A stretch of DNA of 20,000 bases from Flectonema sp. DT1601 (GCA_964019425.1 OZ025799.1:1299230-1319229), one strand, 5' to 3'. Positions 1 to 7,488 are shown, counted from the stretch's first letter. Numbers and translations: made by a program. The notes: generated by a model not told the origin, from the letters alone.

Positions 1-963
1 GTTGTAAACGTTTTTTCTTGTTTATTGGAAATCAAAAAAGAATGTGCAGCTGATTTCTTAGAAATATCCGGCCAACACGGCATTTTCTTTTCCGAACACA
101 AAAGCACTCAACACCTCTCCTCCTACTACACAATTGTGTGGACCCCTGACACACCTTACACCCAGCTTAAAAAGATAGCAATCGATCTCAATAAAGACCC
201 AAAAAACAAAGGAGCCCTCGGGCTCACAATGTACCAAGGAAGAAGCCTTGGGATACGAATTAAAAAAGAATCAGAAACAAACTTTCGTTCAAATTTTGGA
301 GTAAAATGTCCGACTTATTTCGAGATAAGCGGCATAAGCAAAGAGAACGCAACGTCATTTGACGTTGAATTTTTTTTTGATTTAATGAAAAAAAAAATTA
401 AATACTGTTATAAAAAAAAAAGGGAAGAGTCACATGTTGTGAGCTCGTACGAGAATCTGCAGTCTTGCGGATCAGTAATCGTTAAAAAAATAACTCAACC
501 CTCAAAAGATGAAAGAAGAATTGAAAAGAACTCAATAGAAACGAAAACAGACCAAACTGAAAAAAAAGATATTAACGAAAAAGGAAAAGGAAAAGGAAAA
601 GGGAAAGGGAAAAAAGGAAAGAAAGGAACTAAGGGAGAGAGCGGTAAAGGAAAAAAAACTGTTTTGTCATCACCGTCAACCTCAGTAACCCCGTCAATAG
701 AACAAACGGACATTTTAAACCAGCTAAAATTATTGTTAGATGCACAAACAAAGCATCTAACAACAAAGATCATTGGCACTTTTCTAGCCGATGATCCGAA
801 AAAGCAAGCAGAAGCTTGGGATGCGGAAATAAACCCGCAAGAAAAAGAAGGTTTTCTACAAGGATCGATGGACGATGACATCGATCTTGTGAAACAGAAG
901 CTGGACAAAGAAAACGATGGTGATGACAACACAAAAAGAAAAAAAGAAGAACCTCCGAATTGA
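1..963 (+). CDS. Retrotransposon ORF1-like protein (5'-partial), with basic GK-rich low-complexity tract
   Basis: Frame 1 is open from base 1 (VVNVFSCLLEIKK...); the track's 'M' at 25 is a TTG. Ends at TGA 961-963. Contains KGKGKGKGKGKKGKKG and an acidic C-terminus. Sits directly upstream of ORF2. No family motif recognised. Confidence 0.75.
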   Translation, partial: VVNVFSCLLEIKKECAADFLEISGQHGIFFSEHKSTQHLSSYYTIVWTPDTPYTQLKKIAIDLNKDPKNKGALGLTMYQGRSLGIRIKKESETNFRSNFGVKCPTYFEISGISKENATSFDVEFFFDLMKKKIKYCYKKKREESHVVSSYENLQSCGSVIVKKITQPSKDERRIEKNSIETKTDQTEKKDINEKGKGKGKGKGKKGKKGTKGESGKGKKTVLSSPSTSVTPSIEQTDILNQLKLLLDAQTKHLTTKIIGTFLADDPKKQAEAWDAEINPQEKEGFLQGSMDDDIDLVKQKLDKENDGDDNTKRKKEEPPN

Positions 964-1041
964 CTGTTTCCTTATAATTTATATCTTTTTTATTTCTCGA
1001 ACCTTCTTTTGTGTGGAGACATCCACCCGAACCCCGGTCCA
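964..1041 (+). other. 2A-like (StopGo) ribosomal-skipping peptide coding sequence
   Basis: Frame 1 after the ORF1 TGA reads LFPYNLYLFYFSNLLLCGDIHPNPGP. This matches D(V/I)ExNPG|P with E->H and directly precedes the APE N-terminus. Confidence 0.8.
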
Positions 1042-4000
1042 CAAAAAAAGCAAAAAAACAGTGAGCTGAGAATTGTATCTTTTAATGTTTGTGGTCTCAA
1101 GTCGAAATCCGACGAAATAACTTTTTTTTTTACAAAATATAAAACCTGACCTATTCATGGTTCAGGAAACATTGTTAAAGGATAACGACGAAACCATTAA
1201 TTTTAATGGGTACAAGTGTCTCAGAAGAGACCGGAGAATTCCGGTAAAAAAAAACGCACCCGTCAGAGGTGGTGGATTGGCAATTTTTTACAAAAACAGC
1301 CTAAGCGTGACAGCATTCGCTGTTGCACAACACAGCCAAGACTGCACTGAAGTCCAGGGCATTTTTGTGTCAAATTCAAAACAAACTGTAAGGGTATACA
1401 ACGTGTACAGACCACCGGTAAGCCAATCAACCTCTGATAGGTCCCCCTCTTTTGATATGAATAGTATTTTTCTTTTTAATAAAAATGATAAAGTAGTTAT
1501 CGCGGGGGATCTTAACGCAAGGCATCCACTCTGGGACCCGAGAGACGAGTCAAACACAAATGGCCATGAAGTCTCGACTTTTCTAAACAATAACCAGTTT
1601 GAATGCTGCAACGTTAAGGAAATCCCCACAAGACCAAAATCAAACACTTCTCCTGATGTTGTTCTCCAAAAAAACTGTGATATTGGCAACTGGACGACGC
1701 TCGAATCTCTATCAAGCGATCATGTACCAATGTATTTTTCTCTTTCTTTTTTTTCGGATTCGATAAACAGAGCGAACGGTGCAACGGTTTTTTCTTATAA
1801 TTGGAACAGGGCACTGTGGCCAAACTACAGCTCCCACCTCGAAAGGGTGGCGAAGCGACTTGAAAAGATTCAAGATAACCAGAAATTATCAATGGAATTC
1901 ATAAAAGAATTAAAAAATGCGTTACGGATCTTTGTACCAAGGATTTATTTGAAAGGAAAGTCACCAAAGAAGTGGTGGAACACGACGGTTGCATCTAAGT
2001 TTCATGAGTTCAACGAGTCACATTGTGACCAACGGGATGATCTTACAGATCTGTCGCAACAGGGAAAGTCAATTTTTACATCTTTAAAAAAAGAACTCAA
2101 AAAAACAGTCGTTGATGCCAAGAATCAACAGTTTAAAAAAAGCCTTAAAAAAGACAAGTCTATTATTGAAGCTTTTGAAGACATAAGAGGCCTTGATGGA
2201 AGATCAAGACTTAAAGAAATTCGAGAAATCACCTGTGGTGATAAACTTGTTACAGATGATGTGGAAAAAGCATCAATTTTCAATAATCAATTTTTACAAC
2301 GTGTTGGTAACATCAAAGAAAAAACAAAGACAAAGAAAATAGAAACAGACCCTTCTGATTTTACACCATTTACACAACATGAACTTAGAATCCAATTGAG
2401 AGGAATGGCTCTGGAAAAGAATTCACCAGATGGCGTTCAAGGTATTCTTCTTAACCATTTGGGACCTAGAATGCTAAACATTTTACTTAAGATTTTTAAC
2501 AATTCGTGGAAACATTCTGTTGTCCCGAGTGATTGGAAAGACACACACTGGATCCCTGTTTTAAAAAAAGGAAAACCCCCAAACCTCCCCTCTTCATATA
2601 GAATGATCTCTCTCACCCCTTTTATTGCGAAATTGATGGAAAGAATGGTGAAGGAACGTCTTACGTATTTTATGCAATCACCGAATGAAAAGAAAACTGA
2701 CGGTATTGGTTTCAACCAAACTTCTTATCGGAAAACGCGTTCTTGCCGGGAAAACATCCTATATGTTACGGACAGACTTAGATTTCTTAAACACCAAAAA
2801 AAGTCAGCGGCCCTTGTTCTTCTTGATATCGAAAAAGCTTTTGATAGTGTGAACCATGATCTTCTCCTTCAAAGGATGGTAGATCTTGGAATACCAAAAC
2901 ATTTTATAGCCTGGATTCAGGCCTTTCTTAAAAAACGAAGAGCAGCGGTTGTTGTTAATAATGAAAAAGGTTCTTACCACAATGTTTATTCTGGCGTTCC
3001 ACAAGGAACAGTTTTGTCGGCTCTACTTTTTACTCTGTATATTGAAAAAGTCGCAGAAAGACTAGATATTACGGTTGCTAAGTATGCGGATGATATTGCT
3101 TTTGTAGTTGATGATGAAGGGAAAGGTTTTACTTATCATTTGGCAAAAACGAAATATTTCTTTAATGAGATTGAAAAGGATCTAAACGAATTAAAATTAA
3201 AAGTAAGTTATGAGCCTGACAAAACAAAACTTGTGTATTATCCCTACTCCCCAAATTCCCCACTACAAACACCTTTCACTTTTACTTCAAATTTAACAAA
3301 AAATATTGTTCCATGTGTTGATAGCGCCAAGCTTCTTGGGGTGATCCTTGATAACAAGCTCGATTGGAAACAGCATATCTCGTATATTTGTAGAAGAGTT
3401 AATCTTCGCTTAAGGTATCTGAAGCTTGTCGCATCAAAAGCATGGGGACAGTGTACTGCAACTTTGCGTGAGGTGTATGATTTGTATATTCGACCTGTCA
3501 TAACAAACTCGTGTGAAGCTTTTTATCCTGAAGTTAGGTATAAAAAGATTCACATGGACAGGCTTCTCTCTTTACACCTTAGGGGTGCGTGCTATGTCTT
3601 AGGTGCCTTACCACCAACAAGGGAAACAAGAGATAAGATCTTTTTTGAGGCACAACAACAAAGTATCAACACCCATTTGAGACTTGAAACTGGTAGATGG
3701 TTCGCCAAAATGGCGCGAATCACGTCCCCTTTATTAAATGTCTTTATTCCACCTGAAAGAATATCCTCAACACCCATTGATTCTTTTACTCGTTTAGGAA
3801 TGAATGTTCTGAAAGAACACAACCTTCTATCACTCAGTTTTGAGAAATATCCCATTTACGTTCATCCTCCATGGAGTTTTTCAAATGATTTCAATGTTTT
3901 TAAACCAGAAATGCATGTTAGAAAAAAAAAAGACAAAAAGAAAAATAAAAAAGCCTGTGAAGCTGTTCTTAATGAAATAAGGAAAGATTATGAACCAGTC

Positions 4001-4909
4001 TTAGAGGTATATACCGATGGTGCCGTTGTTGAAGAACGCGGTGCTGCGGGTGTGTACATCATAGACAGCGAAGGAAATGAATTTCTCACAAACAAAAGTG
4101 AAGCAGGAATAATCTGCACCTCTTTTAGGGCTGAAATGATGGCGATCAAAAACGCTTTTGTTTTACTTTTTAAGGAATTTAAACCGCCGGAAAATGCGTC
4201 AGTTTTATTTGTGTCAGACTCCTCCAGTGCCTTGATGGAACTGGAAAAAGGGGGAACAAAACAGAAAACGAGACTAGGAAGCCGCATCTGGCAGTTTATT
4301 GAATTTTTCAACAATAAATTCAAAACAAAGTTTATTTTCCAGCATGTCTTTTCTCACTGTGGTATTGTCGGAAACGAAGAAGCAGACAAACTAGCCCAAA
4401 ACATTTCATTAAAAAAAGATGAAGAAACCCTTTTAAAACAAAAAAAAGTTCCCATAGACTACAGCACCCATGTAGCTAAACTAAAACACAGAATAAAAGA
4501 AAAATTTGACCCCCGTCCTTTCCCATCTGAAACTGAAAGAGCGGAAGAAATTCTGATTTCACAACTCAGAATTGGCGACTGTAAACAAACACAAGGGAAA
4601 TGTCCTAGGTGCAGAGAAAAAGACTCTGTAGAGCACCTGTTAGCAAAATGCTCAAAGTACAGAAAAGAGAGGAGGATGTATCTCCAGAAAGACTCTCTAA
4701 CACAAGAAGAGTTAAAGGATTGTCTTTCCACTGTACAAGGACTAGAGAATGTTTTTCTTTTTATGTCATCTGCAAGAAGATATGTTTTTCCAGAAAAAGA
4801 AAAGAAAAAAGAAAATTTGAGTCAGGAAACAAAGAAAGAAAATGAAGAAAACGTTATCCTTCAACCCACACTTTTCAATACTGTGATTCAAAACTCACAA
4901 CTGACTTGA
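1039..4909 (+). CDS. ORF2 pol: AP endonuclease + reverse transcriptase + RNase H + C-terminal CCHC zinc knuckle; one-base frameshift near 1122-1144
   Basis: APE motif I LRIVSFNVCGL is in frame 1 (~1066-1098). Frame 2 carries PDLFMVQET, NVYRPP, AGDLNA and SSDH (APE); SYRMISLT, LLDIEKAFDSV, GVPQGTVLS and YADD at 3083-3094 (RT); VYTDGA, AEMMAI, VSDS and HVFSHCGIVGNEEADKLA at ~4007-4400 (RNase H); and C-X2-C-X7-H-X4-C at 4601-4651. The track ORF 1157-4909 starts at an internal Met. Confidence 0.93.
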
Positions 4910-5389
4910 TTTCTCAAGCTTCCAAATTAACCAAAGTAGCACCTACACCATGGGGATGGTCTGATTGTTGATTGACTGATGGGCCGATATAGATTGGACA
5001 CAGATCGAGAGTTTTTGAGAGATCTTAGATGAAAGTCCGCACCTTTCAGGCCATCCCCAAAAAGCACATAGCAGCTACAGCTATGTCAATTCAAATTGCG
5101 ACGAGCTGCAACTTCGACATGAAGTTTTTCGTTATTGTTCTTACCTTCTCCACATATTTACATATGTGATAAGTATAAGTCATATCTTACGATTGACAAT
5201 TCCTCCCCATAAATAAATTTCTTTTTATTATTTTATTTTACACCTGCCTTACTAACTTGGGGAGAAAGAAAGGATGAACAATGGGCCTCTTATGAGGTGG
5301 GCAATTGCCCTGGACCCACATTAAATGTACGCGTGTTTTGCGTCAGCCCGTTGCTGTAGAAAAAGAAGAGACAGTTTCAGGTAGTAATG
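4910..5389 (+). other. Retrotransposon 3' UTR with multiple stem-loops
   Basis: Lies between the ORF2 stop and poly(A). 14-bp stem 4951-4964/5046-5059 plus several 6-7 bp hairpins. Confidence 0.75.
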
Positions 5390-5412
5390 AAAAAAAAAAA
5401 AAAAAAAAAAAA
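5390..5412 (+). repeat. Poly(A) tail of the LINE (the last two A may be target-derived)
   Basis: A23 followed by tagcggat. Unit spacer elsewhere reads caggc|aatagcggat. Confidence 0.9.
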
Positions 5413-5682
5413 TAGCGGATTTTTTTATTTCTTGGGAGTTTCATGGGGCAACCCACCAGGAAAAAATTTAGAAAATTTTATTGATTTTGCAGAGTGGGGC
5501 TGGGGCTCGGTCTTAGCTTTAACGTTAACGTACGGGCGGCGAAAATTACGTCTTTCGGGGAAGAAAGCCAAAAAAGAAATATATTAAAATTTCTTTACGC
5601 AAAACGTAAAAATAGGAAACACGGTAAGTCTTTGTACATTTCCTTCTACTTGGCAAACACAAGTCCACCGACAATAAAAAAA

Positions 5683-6268
5683 CCCCAAAGGAAGAAAATT
5701 CTTCCTAAGAGGTCAGCTAAATATTCCAAGCAAGCTCGGATGTTGAGACTGTACCAATAAAGTACAGTAATTGCGCTTGCCTTCCATATCATGCACCTGA
5801 CGAATGAAATGTATAGATGAAACTAATTAAACTAATAAAACAAACTAATGGATCAAACTAGCAAACACAGAGAAGCTGTCTAAGACAGTTTATTGCGTTG
5901 GGGTAGTGGCTGGTGCCCGTTTCGATTCGGCGTGATAAATTTATTAGAATCCAAATTATTTAAACTATAACAAAAAGACAACTTAGCACCAAAACTCCAT
6001 GATTTTTTACTGCTAACTGAATTAGCAGCCGAACACCTAGATTTCAAAACCAGATTGCCTACTAAAAGGAGTCCTTTCTCATCCTATTATACCTTATCTA
6101 TCTTTCCTAAACCTGCTTATGCGCAGAAATCCAGCATCTTTTCCTTGGGCAAAAACCTTTCTTACTTTTCTAGTAAGAAAGTTTTCTGCCTAAATTCTGG
6201 TGCATTTTGGATGGCTGCGCAATTACTGAAATAAATTTGCAAAAACTGTAGCTTTAGAATCGTTGGTT
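5683..6268 (-). pseudogene. SL RNA gene interrupted by a 475-bp insertion between exon nt 26 and 27
   Basis: Exon nt 1-26 at 6268-6243; exon nt 27-39 and intron resume at 5767. Confidence 0.85.
5765..6242. mobile_element. MITE-like non-coding element with imperfect ~35-bp inverted repeats, inside the SL exon (copy 1)
   Basis: Extra sequence 5768-6242 (475 bp) relative to empty units. cagtaattgcgc (5765-5776) is the exact reverse complement of gcgcaattactg (6217-6228); the match extends imperfectly over 5765-5800/6196-6228. Confidence 0.75.
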
Positions 6269-6371
6269 AACCTTAAAAAGTAGTTACCCCAGGTAATTAG
6301 AAATTGTGTGGCTTTTAGAACTACCAGCCAGAACTAACAGAAATGCCTGCTTGCGGGTAGGGAAGTAAGGG

Positions 6372-6376
6372 AAAAA
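6372..6376 (-). terminator. Pol III terminator (T5) of the 5S gene; repeated in every unit
   Basis: Minus strand reads ...GCAGGC TTTTT CCC at the 5S 3' end. Confidence 0.8.
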
Positions 6377-6495
6377 GCCTGCAAGCACCCGGGGTTCCCA
6401 CGTGATCACTCACCGCAGTACTAACCAGGCCTGCTGGTGCTTAACTTCCCAAATCGGGCGGGATGGGGTGCATTCACCAGAGTATGGCCGCAGGC
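6376..6495 (-). rRNA. rrn5: 5S rRNA
   Basis: Reverse complement GCCTGCGGCCATACTCTGGTGAATGCACCCCATCCCGCCCGATTTGGGAAGTTAAGCACCAGCAGGCCTGGTTAGTACTGCGGTGAGTGATCACGTGGGAACCCCGGGTGCTTGCAGGCT. 120 nt, with conserved CCATAC, GAAGTTAAGC, GTTAGTACT and GGGAA, terminal helix I and a T-run terminator. Confidence 0.97.
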
Positions 6496-6760
6496 AATAG
6501 CGGATTTTTTTATTTCTTGGGAGTTTCATGGGGCAACCCACCAGGAAAAAATTTAGAAAATTTTATTGATTTTGCAGAGTGGGGCTGGGGCTCGGTCTTA
6601 GCTTTAACGTTAACGTACGGGCGGCGAAAATTACGTCTTTCGGGGAAGAAAGCCAAAAAAGAAATATATTAAAATTTCTTTACGCAAAACGTAAAAATAG
6701 GAAACACGGTAAGTCTTTGTACATTTCCTTCTACTTGGCAAACACAAGTCCACGGACAAT

Positions 6761-6767
6761 AAAAAAA
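6761..6767 (-). terminator. T7 tract at the 3' end of the SL RNA gene; repeated in every unit
   Basis: Follows hairpin AGGAAGAA-TT-TTCTTCCT. Kinetoplastid SL RNA genes end in a T tract. Confidence 0.65.
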
Positions 6768-6878
6768 CCCCAAAGGAAGAAAATTCTTCCTAAGAGGTCA
6801 GCTAAATATTCCAAGCAAGCTCGGATGTTGAGACTGTACCAATAAAGTACAGAAACTGTAGCTTTAGAATCGTTGGTT
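6768..6878 (-). ncRNA. Spliced-leader (SL, mini-exon) RNA, ~110 nt
   Basis: 39-nt exon AACCAACGATTCTAAAGCTACAGTTTCTGTACTTTATTG (6878-6840) followed by a GT donor. The 3' half CAGTTTCTGTACTTTATTG is the conserved kinetoplastid/diplonemid SL. The intron has hairpin CCGAG-CTTG-CTTGG, an Sm-like AATATTTAG and a terminal hairpin before the T tract. The 3' end is approximate. Confidence 0.95.
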
Positions 6879-6985
6879 AACCTTAAAAAGTAGTTACCCC
6901 AGGTAATTAGAAATTGTGTGGCTTTTAGAACTACCAGCCAGAACTAACAGAAATGCCTGCTTGCGGGTAGGGAAGTAAGGGAAAA
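6879..6985 (-). promoter_or_regulatory. Putative SL RNA upstream promoter region (107-bp gap between 5S 3' end and SL +1)
   Basis: Inferred from position only: kinetoplastid SL promoters lie within ~80 bp upstream of +1. No element identified by sequence. Confidence 0.5.
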
Positions 6986-7105
6986 AGCCTGCAAGCACCC
7001 GGGGTTCCCACGTGATCACTCACCGCAGTACTAACCAGGCCTGCTGGTGCTTAACTTCCCAAATCGGGCGGGATGGGGTGCATTCACCAGAGTATGGCCG
7101 CAGGC
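6986..7105 (-). rRNA. rrn5: 5S rRNA
   Basis: Copy of 6376-6495. Confidence 0.97.
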
Positions 7106-7377
7106 AATAGCGGATTTTTTTATTTCTTGGGAGTTTCATGGGGCAACCCACCAGGAAAAAATTTAGAAAATTTTATTGATTTTGCAGAGTGGGGCTGGGG
7201 CTCGGTCTTAGCTTTAACGTTAACGTACGGGCGGCGAAAATTACGTCTTTCGGGGAAGAAAGCCAAAAAAGAAATATATTAAAATTTCTTTACGCAAAAC
7301 GTAAAAATAGGAAACACGGTAAGTCTTTGTACATTTCCTTCTACTTGGCAAACACAAGTCCACGGACAATAAAAAAA

Positions 7378-7488
7378 CCCCAAAGGAAGAAAATTCTTCC
7401 TAAGAGGTCAGCTAAATATTCCAAGCAAGCTCGGATGTTGAGACTGTACCAATAAAGTACAGAAACTGTAGCTTTAGAATCGTTGGTT
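7378..7488 (-). ncRNA. SL RNA
   Basis: Copy of 6768-6878. Confidence 0.95.

Larger units (their letters stand above)
1..5412 (+). mobile_element. Non-LTR retrotransposon (LINE), APE-type, I group / Ingi-like; 5' end lies outside the window
   Basis: ORF1, then ORF2 with APE, RT, RNase H and CCHC motifs, a ~480-nt 3' UTR and an A23 run (5390-5412) joined directly to 5S/SL repeat spacer. APE-RT-RNH order with an N-terminal 2A-like motif resembles trypanosomatid ingi/L1Tc. Confidence 0.95.

Noticed and set aside
495..4845. Short minus-strand and alternate-frame ORFs overlapping ORF1/ORF2
   Set aside because: Shadow ORFs of A-rich coding sequence with no recognisable domains.
4974..5040. Hammerhead ribozyme (ctgatgg...gaaa) in the 3' UTR
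   Set aside because: The core is CUGAUGG rather than CUGANGA, and stems I/III with an NUH site could not be built.
5371..5384. acagtttc near the LINE 3' end matching SL exon ACAGTTTC
   Set aside because: Only 8 nt, compatible with chance, and the LINE is not inserted in the SL exon.
4910..5389. SECIS element explaining the in-frame UGA at 961
   Set aside because: None of the ATGA sites I checked shows the AUGA-N11/12-AA...GA geometry.
1..5412. Assignment to the CRE/SLACS/CZAR SL-specific clade
   Set aside because: Those elements use a C-terminal restriction-like endonuclease and insert in the SL exon. This one has an N-terminal APE plus RNase H and joins at the 5S start.
5763..6230. Clean Tc1/mariner insertion with TA duplication
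   Set aside because: TA precedes the left IR, but the right IR is followed by AA and extra bases, so the superfamily cannot be assigned.
6705..6716. U1 snRNA-like ACTTACC on the minus strand of the spacer
   Set aside because: 7-nt match only; no U1 stem-loops follow.
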